Shown here piece after piece: positions 51,233 to 61,357 of a stretch of DNA of 64,000 bases; position 1 is the stretch's first letter; each line of letters begins with the position of its first letter. A model generated the notes under the pieces. That model was not told the DNA's origin and ran no database searches. It saw only the letters and a program-made list of their open reading frames with translations. Both the position numbers and the translations under genes were made by a program. This DNA is from an uncultured Chloroflexia bacterium (GTDB taxonomy: Bacteria; Chloroflexota; Limnocylindria; Limnocylindrales; CSP1-4). Location of the stretch: NCBI GenBank assembly GCA_963768675.1, contig CAVYIV010000003.1, positions 5,439-69,438 on the forward strand, read 5' to 3'.

Positions 51233-52225
51233 TTACCGGACGCCGACGGTCGAAAGGACGCCCCAGGCCAGCGCGCCGACGAGGGCGGTGGCCGGGATCG
51301 TCACGACCCAGGCGATGAGAATGCTCCGCGCCACGCCCCAGCGGACGCCGCGCGGACCCTTGCTGGAGCCGACGCCCATGATCGCGCTCGAGATCACGTG
51401 CGTGGTGGAGACCGGCATGCCGAGATGGGCAGCCGCTAGGATCACGGTGGCCGCCGTGGTCTCCGCGGCAAAGCCGTGGATCGGCTCCAGCTCGACCACC
51501 TTGCGGCCCATCGTCCGCATGATCCGCCAGCCACCCACGGCGGTCCCCAGCGAGATGGCGCTCGCGGCCATGACGATCACCCAGATCGGGACGGCGACCG
51601 TCGGGATGACGCCCGCCGAGAAAAGGGCGAGGGTGACGATCCCCATCGTCTTCTGGGCGTCGTTTGAGCCGTGGGCGAAGGCCATGTAGCCGGCCGACAG
51701 CACCTGCAGGCGCCGAAAGCCCCGTGTCAGGGGACGTCGGCTCGCCCTCCGGAAGATCCAGTACAGGGCGATCATCAGGCAGAAGGCGCCGACGAACCCA
51801 ATGACGGGTGACGACACGAGCGGCACTAGGACCTTTCCGACGACGCCGCTCCACTTCACGGAGCCCGTGCCCGTGGCCAGGATCGTCGCGCCGAGGAGGC
51901 CGCCGATCAGGGCGTGGCTGCTCGAGCTCGGGATCCCGAGGCGCCATGTGAACAGGTTCCAGCTGATCGCGCCGAGCAGCGCGGCCATCACCACGGCCTG
52001 CGAGGACGTCGCCTCGTTGACGAGGCCTGCCCCGATGGTCTGCGCCACGGCCGTCCCGGCGAATGCGCCGATGAAGTTGAATGAAGCCGCCATCAGGATC
52101 GCGTGCTGCGGCCGAAGGGCGCGGGTCGCCACGGACGTGGCGATCGCGTTGGCCGTGTCGTGGAAGCCGTTGATGTAGTCGAAGACGACGGCCAGCACGA
52201 GGACGGCGAGCAGCTCGAGCGTCAT
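51233..52225 (-). CDS. pit: Inorganic phosphate transporter (PiT family)
   Basis: NGFHDTANAIAT, PSSSSH, HGSNDAQK, PVSTTH. Confidence 0.96.
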   Translation of the reverse strand: MTLELLAVLVLAVVFDYINGFHDTANAIATSVATRALRPQHAILMAASFNFIGAFAGTAVAQTIGAGLVNEATSSQAVVMAALLGAISWNLFTWRLGIPSSSSHALIGGLLGATILATGTGSVKWSGVVGKVLVPLVSSPVIGFVGAFCLMIALYWIFRRASRRPLTRGFRRLQVLSAGYMAFAHGSNDAQKTMGIVTLALFSAGVIPTVAVPIWVIVMAASAISLGTAVGGWRIMRTMGRKVVELEPIHGFAAETTAATVILAAAHLGMPVSTTHVISSAIMGVGSSKGPRGVRWGVARSILIAWVVTIPATALVGALAWGVLSTVGVR

Positions 52226-52306
52226 CGGGGCGCCCGGCGATACTTGCGGGGCGGGTACATCGATCGTTGAGTATCGCGACCGGCGGAACCGCCCGCGCGG
52301 CCGCGG

Positions 52307-52350
52307 CGCAACACGACGTTAACCCCGCACTCACACGTTCTTCATGCGGC
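52307..52350 (+). promoter_or_regulatory. Second PHO-box-like array
   Basis: CGCAAC / GTTAAC / ACTCAC / CTTCAT at exact 11-bp period between pit and a divergent ORF. Confidence 0.5.
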
Positions 52351-52359
52351 CGGGTCACG

Positions 52360-52767
52360 ATGCGGAGCGTGATCGTCGCGCCGCCACCAGGTTTGGACAC
52401 GTCCCGGCGTCGCCTGCTTCGCCTCCGGGGTGCGGCGTCGATCTCCGACGACCCGCTTGCCTCGCTGCTTGCCATGCGTGCGACCGAGCTGCTCCGTGCG
52501 GTCGAGACCGGGGCCGTTGCTCCGCGTTGGCGCACGGCCGGCTTCGGCCGTGCTGTGGACGAGATCCGCGCTCAGCTCGCGCCGATCGATGGCCGGGAGA
52601 TGCTGGCCGCGTCGTTCGGGCGCGAGGCTGCGCTCCGGCTGGCAGGCCGCGGGGCGAACGCCGACCCGCTCGACCTCGCTTACGCCGTCCGCTGGCTGGA
52701 GCTGGACCCGGCACGCCCGCGACCCATCCCGGCGTGGTCGGGCTGGCTTCCGATCGAGCCGGGCTGA
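52360..52767 (+). CDS. Hypothetical protein (start 52360 or 52369)
   Basis: Fills the gap between pit and proS; protein-like composition (DPLDLAYAVRWLEL). Confidence 0.6.
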   Translation: MRSVIVAPPPGLDTSRRRLLRLRGAASISDDPLASLLAMRATELLRAVETGAVAPRWRTAGFGRAVDEIRAQLAPIDGREMLAASFGREAALRLAGRGANADPLDLAYAVRWLELDPARPRPIPAWSGWLPIEPG

Positions 52768-52879
52768 ACGGCCGACACGGGGCGAGGCCGGCCGCCCCTG
52801 GGAGGGGCTCGATCGGCACGCCAGCGGCCCTGTCGTGGCGCCGCTGCCGCTCGACCAGGCGCGCCGGTATCCTTTGCCA

Positions 52880-54571
52880 ATGCGCCTGAGCCACTTCTTC
52901 TTCGCCACCCTGCGCGACGATCCCAACGACGCGGAGATGCCGTCCCATCGCCTGCTGGTCCGGGCCGGCTACGTCCGCCAGCTCGGGTCGGGGATCTACT
53001 CGCTCCTGCCGCTCGGGTTCCGCGTCGCGAAGCGCGTCGAGCAGGTGATCCGCGAGGAGATGGACCGGATCGGCTGCCAGGAGATGGAGATGCCGGTGGT
53101 CCACCCGGCGGAGCTCTGGCGCGAGACGGGCCGCTACGACGCGATCGGACCCGAGATGGCCCGCTTCAAGGATCGCGCGGGACGCGACATGGTCCTCGCC
53201 ATGACGCACGAGGAAGTCGTGGCCGACCTGCTCCGCGACATCGTGCGCTCGTATCGCCAACTTCCGATGATGGTCTACCATTTCCAGACCAAGTGGCGCG
53301 ACGAGCCGCGGGCACGCGGCGGGCTGATCCGCGTCCGCGAGTTCGTCATGAAGGACTCGTATAGCTGCGACCTGGACCTCGCCGGCCTCGACGTCAGCTA
53401 CGAGCGCCACTACGAGGCGTACACGCGCATCTTCGAGCGCCTCGGCCTCCACGCGATCGCCGTTGCCTCCGACGTCGGGATGATGGGCGGCTCGCAGGCG
53501 CACGAGTTCATGGTCCTCAACCCGTACGGCGAGGACGTCCTGGTGCTCTGCGAGACCTGCGGCTTCTCGGCCAACCGCCAGGTCGCCCGGGTTCGCTTTT
53601 CGGAGCCGCCGGCTGTGCCTGCGCTCCCGCTCGAGGAGGTGGCGACGCCGGGCGCGGCGACGATCGCGGACCTCGCGGCGTTTCTTCAGATCAGCGCGGA
53701 GGAGACGGCGAAGGCGACCTTCTTCGTCGACCGCGAGGGTCGCCTAATCACCGCCATCGTGCGCGGTGACATGGACGTCAACGAGACCAAGCTGGCGAAC
53801 GCGGCAAAGGCCGCCGATCTCCGGCCCGCCCGGACCGAGGAGATCGAGGCCGCGGGCATGGTGCCCGGCTATGCCTCGCCGATCGGGGCGCGCGGGACCT
53901 TCGTCGTGGTCGACGAGCTGGTTGTCCGCTCCTCGAACCTGGTGGCGGGGGCGAACCGGCCCGGGTTCCATCTCCGCAACGTGAACGTGCCGCGCGACTT
54001 CGTCCCGGACCTGGTGGCCGACCTCTCGAACGCCCGGGAGGGCGACGGCTGTCCGACGTGCGGCGCGCCGGTCATCCTGCGCAACGGGATCGAGGTCGGG
54101 AACATCTTCAAACTCGGCACGAAGTACACGGCCGCGCTCGGCGCCGAGTACCTGGGCGAGGATGGCGGGCGCCATCCGATCGTGATGGGCAGCTACGGGA
54201 TCGGCGTCGGGCGGGCCCTCGCCTGCATCGTCGAGGCGCACCACGACGCGAAGGGGATCGCCTGGCCCGCCGCCGTCGCGCCGTACGCGGCGCATCTCGT
54301 CTCGCTAGGGGCGGCGAAGGACCCGCAGGTCGCCGAGGTCGCGGCGCGGCTCCACGACCTGGCTCTCGAATCCGGCCACGAGATCCTGTGGGACGACCGG
54401 GACGAGTCCCCGGGGGTGAAGTTCACGGACGCAGAGCTGCTCGGCATGCCCCAGATCCTGACCGTCAGCCCGCGCTCGCTGGCAGCGGGCGGTGTCGAGG
54501 TGACGGACCGGGCCACCGGTGAGCGCAGGATCGAGCCGCTCGCCGACGTGGAGGCGCGCCTTCGCGGCTGA
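52880..54571 (+). CDS. proS: Proline--tRNA ligase with editing (INS) domain
   Basis: SHRLL.RAGY, THEE, RDE.R.RGGL.R.REF.MKD.YS, IEVGNIFKLG, MGSYGIG. Confidence 0.97.
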   Translation: MRLSHFFFATLRDDPNDAEMPSHRLLVRAGYVRQLGSGIYSLLPLGFRVAKRVEQVIREEMDRIGCQEMEMPVVHPAELWRETGRYDAIGPEMARFKDRAGRDMVLAMTHEEVVADLLRDIVRSYRQLPMMVYHFQTKWRDEPRARGGLIRVREFVMKDSYSCDLDLAGLDVSYERHYEAYTRIFERLGLHAIAVASDVGMMGGSQAHEFMVLNPYGEDVLVLCETCGFSANRQVARVRFSEPPAVPALPLEEVATPGAATIADLAAFLQISAEETAKATFFVDREGRLITAIVRGDMDVNETKLANAAKAADLRPARTEEIEAAGMVPGYASPIGARGTFVVVDELVVRSSNLVAGANRPGFHLRNVNVPRDFVPDLVADLSNAREGDGCPTCGAPVILRNGIEVGNIFKLGTKYTAALGAEYLGEDGGRHPIVMGSYGIGVGRALACIVEAHHDAKGIAWPAAVAPYAAHLVSLGAAKDPQVAEVAARLHDLALESGHEILWDDRDESPGVKFTDAELLGMPQILTVSPRSLAAGGVEVTDRATGERRIEPLADVEARLRG

Positions 54572-54589
54572 GCCGCCGCGTGCGCCGCC

Positions 54590-55807
54590 GTGGACCCCGT
54601 CGCCGTCGTCGCCGTCGTCTCGCTGGGCGGAGCCGCGCTCCTGCTGGCCGTGGGACTCCAGCGCCGGGGTGCATCTCGGCCGGCGCCGGCGGCCGATCGC
54701 GCCGTGACGGACGTGGCGCGACCCACGGCAGCCGATGGCGATACGGCCGAGGCGCGCGCGGCGGCCTGGGTGCGCGACGTGGGAGTGCTCGTCGACCTCG
54801 TCGGGATCGGCGTAATTCGCGTCTCGGACGACCTCATGGTGCTGGCCGCGAACGACACGTCGGCTCGGCTGCTCGCGCGACGGCCGGCGGCACTGCCGGG
54901 ACGAAGCGTGATGGAGGCGTCCACCGATCACCGGCTGGAGGAGATCGCGCGGCACGCGCTGCAGAGCGGGTCTGCGACCGGCGAGCTGACGATCCGCAGC
55001 GCCGACGCGCCGACGCTCCTGGTCCGCGCGCGACGCATGCCTGCGGGCGACGCGTGGCTCGTCCTCGAGGACGTCACCGAGCTGCGCCGCCTCCAGCGGA
55101 TCCGGACCGAGTTCATCGACAACCTCGCCCACGAGCTCCGGACGCCGCTCACCACCGTCAGCCTCCTCGCCGAGACGCTCGCCCTCGACGCCGAGAACCT
55201 GCCGCCACGGACGGCGGAGCGGATCGCCAAGATCGAGGTGGAGACCGGGCACCTGGTCCAAATGGTGAACGAGCTCCTCGACCTCTCCAAGATCGAGAGC
55301 GGCAGTACCGCCCTCGTCCTCTACGAGGTGGACCTGGGCCGCCTGGCGCGCGCGACCGCGGACCGCCTGGGTCTCTTTGCCGAGCGCCAGGGCGTCCGGA
55401 TCGTGGTGCAGGAGGACGGGAACGCGTCCCAGGTCCGCGGAGACGGAGAGCGGCTCGGCCAGGCGTTGCTGAACCTGCTCCACAACGCGGTGAAGTTCAG
55501 CCCGGCCGGCGCCGAGGTGGTGATCGGGGTGAGCTCCGGAGAGCACGAGGTGGTGGTGACCGTCACGGATCACGGGCCGGGGATCCCTCGCTCCGCCCTG
55601 CCGCGCGTCTTCGAGCGCTTCTACAAGGGTGATCGGGCGCGGACGCGCGGCGTCGGCGGCACGGGGCTGGGCCTGTCGATTGCCCGGCACGTGGTCGAGG
55701 CGCACGGGGGCCGGATCTGGGTGGAGTCGGAGGAGGGAAGCGGCTCCACGTTCGGGTTCGCCCTGCCGGTCTTCGGGCCGGACCTCGCCGCGACGCCGGG
55801 AGCCTGA
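54590..55807 (+). CDS. Sensor histidine kinase (PhoR/SenX3-like)
   Basis: EF..N..HELRTPL, NLL.NAVKF, D.GPGI, FERFY..D..R....GGTGLGL. Confidence 0.93.
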   Translation: MDPVAVVAVVSLGGAALLLAVGLQRRGASRPAPAADRAVTDVARPTAADGDTAEARAAAWVRDVGVLVDLVGIGVIRVSDDLMVLAANDTSARLLARRPAALPGRSVMEASTDHRLEEIARHALQSGSATGELTIRSADAPTLLVRARRMPAGDAWLVLEDVTELRRLQRIRTEFIDNLAHELRTPLTTVSLLAETLALDAENLPPRTAERIAKIEVETGHLVQMVNELLDLSKIESGSTALVLYEVDLGRLARATADRLGLFAERQGVRIVVQEDGNASQVRGDGERLGQALLNLLHNAVKFSPAGAEVVIGVSSGEHEVVVTVTDHGPGIPRSALPRVFERFYKGDRARTRGVGGTGLGLSIARHVVEAHGGRIWVESEEGSGSTFGFALPVFGPDLAATPGA

Positions 55808-55809
55808 GC

Positions 55810-56538
55810 ATGCTCCTGCTGGCCCATCGCGGCGACCACGCCCGCGCCCCGGAGAATACGCTCGTCGCCTTCGCGGCAGCGCTCGCCCGCCCCGGCTGCG
55901 ATGGCGTGGAGTTCGACGTCCGTGCCTCGGCCGACGGTGTCGCCGTCGTCCTCCACGACGCGACGCTGGCGCGCGTCCAGGGACGGCCCGAGCGTGCCGA
56001 CTCGCTGTCGGCCGCGCGGCTCGACGCCGCGGGCGTCCCGACGCTCACTGACGTCCTGGCGATCTGCGGGCCGAAGGCCTTCCTCGACGTCGAGCTGAAG
56101 GAGGACCTGGGCCGGATCGCGCTCGACCCGCTCCTCGCGGCCCGTGGCCTGCCCGACGGCTCGCTCTTTCGCGCCGTGATCTCGGCCTTCGAGCCGCCAA
56201 GCCTGGCGACGATCCGGCGCCTCGCGCCCGCCGTCGCCTGCTGGCTCAACGCCGAGGACCTCGCGCCCGCGACGCTCGATCTCGCGGTCGCGCTCGGCTG
56301 CCGCGGCATCTCCGTGGAGTGGCGCGCCATCAACGCGCAGAGCGCGGCCGCGGTCGCGCGGGCAGGGCTCGACCTCGCGGCGTTCACGTTCACGAACCGG
56401 CGCACGCTTGCCCGTCTCGAGCGCCTGGGTGTCTCCGCCGCCTGCGTCGAGGGCGCCGCTCTCGCCGGCGACCGTCGACCGCCTGGGACCAGGGTGGGGT
56501 CACGGCCGGCGCCGGACCCGACCGTGCGCGGGGATTGA
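55810..56538 (+). CDS. Glycerophosphodiester phosphodiesterase
   Basis: AHRG....PENT, EFDV....DG..V..HD, DVELK. Confidence 0.92.
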   Translation: MLLLAHRGDHARAPENTLVAFAAALARPGCDGVEFDVRASADGVAVVLHDATLARVQGRPERADSLSAARLDAAGVPTLTDVLAICGPKAFLDVELKEDLGRIALDPLLAARGLPDGSLFRAVISAFEPPSLATIRRLAPAVACWLNAEDLAPATLDLAVALGCRGISVEWRAINAQSAAAVARAGLDLAAFTFTNRRTLARLERLGVSAACVEGAALAGDRRPPGTRVGSRPAPDPTVRGD

Positions 56539-56541
56539 CCG

Positions 56542-57339
56542 GTGGACCGCCTCACCGTCGCGACCCTGAACATCCTGAACCTGGCCGACCGCTGGGAGGA
56601 GCGCCTCCCGCTCCTTCTGGCCGACACGTCCGCGTTGCGCGCGGACGTGCTCGCGCTCCAGGAAGTGGTGTACGTCATGCAGCAGGACCGGCTCCTGGGA
56701 GCCGGCACGCCCGACGACTACGCGGTTCACCGGGGCTGGGCGGGACGGCCCGAGTACGGCAACAGCCTCTTGGTCCGTCGCCCGCTCGCGGGCGAGGCGG
56801 CCGTGGAGCGCCTCGACCTTGGCCTCAACCGCGCCGCGTCGCGCGTCGTCCTTCCGCTTTCCGGCGGCTCAACCCTGCAGGTGACCGTGACCCACTTGCA
56901 TCACGTCCCGCGCGCGAGAGCCGCCCGCGACGGCCAGGTCCGGGCCCTACTCGCCTGGCTCGAGGCGGCGCCGCCTTCGACGGGCCAGCTTGTGATGGGG
57001 GACTTCAACGCGACGCCCACCGAACCGGCCGCGCGGCGAATGCGGGCCGCCGGCTTCCGCTCCGCCTACGCCGCCGCGAACGGCCGGGATCCGGCGGTCA
57101 CTTGGCCGTCAGGGCTTCAGGCGCCCGCGATGGACACGGACGGCGATCCGTCCTGCTTCGACTACATCTGGGTGCGCGGGGCTGTGCGGGTCGTCGACGC
57201 GTGGCTGTGGGCGAACCGGCCGGCTGTCGACGATCCCTCCCTCTACCCCTCTGACCACATCGGGATCGCCGCGACCATCGAGGTGGCCGCCGACCCCGGC
57301 GCGGACGTTACCGGTCCGCCTGGCCGCCATCCGGGGTGA
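56542..57339 (+). CDS. Endonuclease/exonuclease/phosphatase family protein
   Basis: ATLN, LQEV, THLH, GDFN, DYI, PSDH. Confidence 0.92.
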   Translation: MDRLTVATLNILNLADRWEERLPLLLADTSALRADVLALQEVVYVMQQDRLLGAGTPDDYAVHRGWAGRPEYGNSLLVRRPLAGEAAVERLDLGLNRAASRVVLPLSGGSTLQVTVTHLHHVPRARAARDGQVRALLAWLEAAPPSTGQLVMGDFNATPTEPAARRMRAAGFRSAYAAANGRDPAVTWPSGLQAPAMDTDGDPSCFDYIWVRGAVRVVDAWLWANRPAVDDPSLYPSDHIGIAATIEVAADPGADVTGPPGRHPG

Positions 57340-57808
57340 TGGAGAGGAACAGGAGGCCGGTCGCTGCCCGTCGAACGTCGTCGCGGCTCGGCGTGTCGCC
57401 CTTGCGCACCCGCAGGCTCTGGTGCCGGGCGCTCCCGCGGTAGCGGGCGAAGTACGCGGCGGCGAGCGCGGTCCCCTCGTCGCTCTCGCCCCCGACGGCG
57501 TGTCCCGTGGCGGCGATCGAGCGGCCCCGGACGATGACGGTCAGCGGCCATGGCTCGGTGAAGTTGCGCCACCAGCGCTTTGCCTCGGGTCGCCCGATCC
57601 GCACGACGTAACCGCGATCGGCGGCCGCGTAGCGGACCGGGAGCTCATGGACGAGTCCCGTCCGGCGTCCGAGGTAGCTGATGAGCAGGTTCTGCTTGCT
57701 CGCGAGCCCGTGAAACGGCGACCGCAGAATGGCGGCGAGGACGCCGTTGATCGCCGGCTGCCGGAACACGGCCGCGGCTGCCGGTTCGTTGGAACCGGAA
57801 GTGCTCAT
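57308..57808 (-). CDS. Deazaflavin(F420)-dependent nitroreductase-like protein
   Basis: LRSP.H, I.Y.GRRTG....PV, KRWWRNF. Confidence 0.7.
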   Translation of the reverse strand: MSTSGSNEPAAAAVFRQPAINGVLAAILRSPFHGLASKQNLLISYLGRRTGLVHELPVRYAAADRGYVVRIGRPEAKRWWRNFTEPWPLTVIVRGRSIAATGHAVGGESDEGTALAAAYFARYRGSARHQSLRVRKGDTPSRDDVRRAATGLLFLSITPDGGQADR

Positions 57809-57955
57809 CGCGAGGTCGGTCCCACTGGGTCGATGCGGAAGACCGGGAAGTCCGGGGCGATGCGTTCGAATGCCTCGAGCGGCGCTTCGGGATCGACGGG
57901 GATATGGGGCCGGCCGCCCACCGCCCGTGACAAGTACGCCTTGAGGATGGGCGGT
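57805..57955 (-). CDS. 3' fragment of a second deazaflavin-dependent nitroreductase-family gene, cut at the junction
   Basis: [40 protein letters not shown]; TGA overlaps next ATG. Confidence 0.65.
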
Positions 57956-58491
57956 GTGGCCAATGCGATCCTCGATGGGACAGACTGCGTCATGCTCTCC
58001 GGTGAGTCGGCCATGGGCAGCTACCCTGTCGATTCTGTCGAAACGCTCGCCAGGATCGCCGCCGCAATCGAGCCATATCGCACCGCGGTGAGTGCCAAGG
58101 ACTTGTTCAAGGGAATCGATCTCAAGGGCAAGATTCCCCCTGCAAGGCTCATCGACTTGAGTGTCGAGACCGTCCTTGATACGCAGACCTTGCAGCCGTA
58201 TTCGTTCCCACACACGGCGGCAATACGGCGAGGAGCATCGTGCGATTCCGCCTTCCCATCTGGATCATCGCAGTGAGCTCGCAGGAAACCACGTGTCAAG
58301 AGTTACAATTTTCCTCAGGCGTTATACCAGTGTGCAACGCTGAGCATCCAGAGAACTGGAATACCTTCGTCGCTGACTGGCTCAAGACTAATGGCCTGGA
58401 AGGAAAACTCGCTCTAGTGACCGAAGGCCCTTCGAGGATGTATCCCGATGCTAACAACCGGCTTGAGATTCTTGACACGGCTCGCCGCTGA
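57956..58491 (+). CDS. pyk: 3' fragment of pyruvate kinase, cut at the junction, frameshifted
   Basis: [23 protein letters not shown]; N-terminal ~300 codons absent. Confidence 0.88.
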
Positions 58492-58541
58492 GCGCGAGAT
58501 AGCTGTAGGAGTAGCCGTGAAGCCGTTTTAAGGAGATCAAA

Positions 58542-59521
58542 ATGACTTCTGTTGCCAAGTATTCCGATTTAGGGCTCGTAAACACCAAGGACATGTTCAT
58601 GCGGGCCATGGAAGGTCGATACACCATCCCGGCGTACAACTTCAATAACATGGAGCAACTTCAGGCGATCCTAATGGGCTGCTCTGAATCAAGGTCCCCA
58701 GTGATCCTACAATGTTCGGGCAGCGCCATAAAATACATGAATTCGACGCTGCTGAGGTTCATGGTGATAGGGGCAGTGGAGATGATGAAGGACCTCAGCG
58801 GTTCTGTCCGGTGGCCCTTCACCTGGACCACGGAGACTCCTTTGAACTGTGCAGGTCATGCATAGATTCAGGGTTTTCGTCCGTGATGATAGATGGATCT
58901 CACCACTCGTTCGATGAAAACATGGGGCTCACGAAGAAGGTGGTAGATTATGCACATGAGCGTGATGTCACTGTTGAAGGAGAACTCGGCGTTTTGTCAG
59001 GAGTCGAGGACGCTGTGTCCTCTGAGGTGTCGCACTACACGAAGCCCTCAGAGGTTGAGGAATTTGTTGGAAAGACCAACGTTGACAGTCTGGCCATCTC
59101 TATCGGCACTTCCCACGGGGCTTACAAGTTTAAGCTCAAACCTGGCGAGGAACCCCCGTCTCTCAGGTTTGATATTTTAGAGGAAATCGAGCGTCGAATA
59201 CCGGGTTTTCCCATAGTGCTGCACGGTGCTTCAACAGTAATGCCCGAGTATGTGGCGTTGATCAACAAGTATGGGGGATCGATGGAGCAGGCTGTGGGTA
59301 TACCGGAGGAACAACTGAGGCGGGCTGCTCAGTCGGCTGTGTGCAAGATCAACATCGATAGCGACGGTAGACTCGCCATGACCGCCATGATCCGGAAGGT
59401 CTTTGCAGAAAATCCGGGAGAGTTCGACCCACGAAAGTACCTCGGACCGGCACGTGACGAGTTGATCCGAATGATCAAGTATAAAAACGAGCATGTCCTC
59501 GGTAGCGCAGGCAGCGCATGA
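58542..59521 (+). CDS. fba: Class II fructose-1,6-bisphosphate aldolase (frameshift ~58805)
   Basis: PAYNFNNMEQ, LHLDHG, SIGTSHGAYK, LHGAS, KINIDSD, FDPRKYL; AAGGAG RBS. Confidence 0.93.
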
Positions 59522-59580
59522 GGAGCTGTTGGACTACAACTCAATGCCTATGAAGGCTTGTCAAGTTAAGAGGTATCTTC

Positions 59581-60874
59581 ATGCTAGAATTGAAGACTTC
59601 CGATTTCGACATCCGGACGCTCGGCGAATGCAGGATTCCCTCTCCCATGGCGGCCACCCAATTCGTGAGTGACGACGAACGAGTCCTCTATCATGGGACT
59701 CTTGCAGAAATTCAGGGGTTCCTCCGTTCCGGGCAACAGCCCCCTGCTTTCGAAATGGCGGGCCCTCGACAACGAATCTTCTTTGATCCTTCAAAACTCA
59801 AATGCGGAATCGTCACCTGCGGGGGATTGTGTCCAGGACTCAACGACGTGATACGATCCATAGTCCTCGGCCTGTTCCACCACTACGGAGTTCGAACGGT
59901 CTTCGGTTTCCCGTACGGGTATGAAGGCCTCACGTACAAACACGGGCACATACCCATTGAACTCACGCCCGACCTCGTTGCCGACATTCAGGAAAAAGGT
60001 GGTACGATGCTGGGATCTTCTCGCGGCCCTCAGGATGTTGGGGAGATGGTCGACACCCTTGAACGCATGAACGTGGGTGTCCTGTTCGCTGTCGGAGGAG
60101 ACGGAACACTCCGCGGAGCCGGGGCAATTGCACAAGAGGTCGGTCGGCGCAATTTGAAAATATCTGTCATCGGAGTCCCGAAGACTATCGACAACGACAT
60201 CTCCGCCGTGGACATGTCCTTCGGTTTTGTTACTGCTGTCAGCGAAGCGAGAGGGTCTATCTATGCCGCTCATACGGAAGCCCTTGGAGCGAGAAACGGG
60301 GTCGGACTGGTAAAACTGATGGGCAGAGAGTCAGGATTTATTGCAGCCTTTGCGTCTCTTGCTACGAATCATGTCAACTTCTGCCTGGTTCCCGAGGTGA
60401 GGTTCACTGTGGAAGCATTCCTTCGAGCCCTGGAGGACAGACTGAAACGATCGCGGCCATGCAGTAGTCGTAGTAGCTGAAGGAGCAGGTCAAGATCTCA
60501 TTCAGGCCACGGGCGAGAGGGACGCATCGGGAAACGTTCGGTTCAGTGACGTGGGATTGTATCTAAAAGAGCAGCTTGTTCAGCACTTTAAGAAGTTGGG
60601 TATGGAACTCAACCTGAAATACATTGACCCGAGCTACACGATTCGGAGCGTGCCCGCAAGTCCTTACGACTCAGCTTTTTGCTTAATGCTAGGGCACAAC
60701 GCGGTTCATGCGGCAATGGCGGGGAGGACCAACATGGTAGTCGGCAACTGGCAACGCGAGTTCACACACGTGCCAATTGCCATGGCAGTTGCAGCTCGGA
60801 GAAAGATAGAGCCCGAGGGAAGGCTCTGGAGCACCGTGCTCTCTTGCACGGGTCAACCACATCCGATGGCATAG
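59581..60874 (+). CDS. pfk: 6-phosphofructokinase (frameshift ~60455)
   Basis: TCGGLCPGLND, LGSSRG, GGDGT, PKTIDND, MGRESG, YIDPSY.IRS. Confidence 0.93.
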
Positions 60875-60928
60875 GTCGGTGCCCAAAACCGGCATTAAAC
60901 TTTCTGCTTCAATATACGGCAGGTCCTC

Positions 60929-61357
60929 ATGAAAATACTTCGACGCCTACCAGAATGGAACGCTGCATCGGGTGCTATTCTTGCTCCCTTGCATGCGCAA
61001 GACTTGTTACACCAGAGCCTGTCTTGGCATCGCAGTGGGATTCGCATTCGCTCTGCCGGCGGTTTGAGCACCGGATTTGAGGCACAGGTCTGTCTCGGCT
61101 GCGACCCTGCTCCTTGTGTGGAAGCCTGTCCCACTGACGCATTCCGCCAGCGAAAGGGTGGCGGAGTGCGGGTGAAACGGGATTCATGCATTCGCTGCGG
61201 CGAGTGCTCTCGGGCCTGTCCGGTGAATGCGGTGTACATGGATTCGGAAACCGGGCTGCCTTTCGTGTGCATCCATTGCGGCCGATGTGCGGCTTTTTGT
61301 CCCCATGAATGCCTGGAGATGCTGCCATCCGCGGCTGGAGAAGATGATGATCAATGA
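60929..61357 (+). CDS. Polyferredoxin 4Fe-4S protein, likely small subunit of the adjacent AOR-family enzyme (frameshifted near start)
   Basis: CIGCYSCSLAC (shifted frame), CLGC..APC..ACP, CIRCGECSRACP, CIHCGRCAAFCP. Confidence 0.88.
   Translation: MKILRRLPEWNAASGAILAPLHAQDLLHQSLSWHRSGIRIRSAGGLSTGFEAQVCLGCDPAPCVEACPTDAFRQRKGGGVRVKRDSCIRCGECSRACPVNAVYMDSETGLPFVCIHCGRCAAFCPHECLEMLPSAAGEDDDQ

Noticed and set aside
57422-58276. ORFs spanning the GC transition (57422-58276 + and 57308-58213 -) as novel fusion proteins
   Set aside because: They join antisense sequence to truncated genes across the probable chimeric junction
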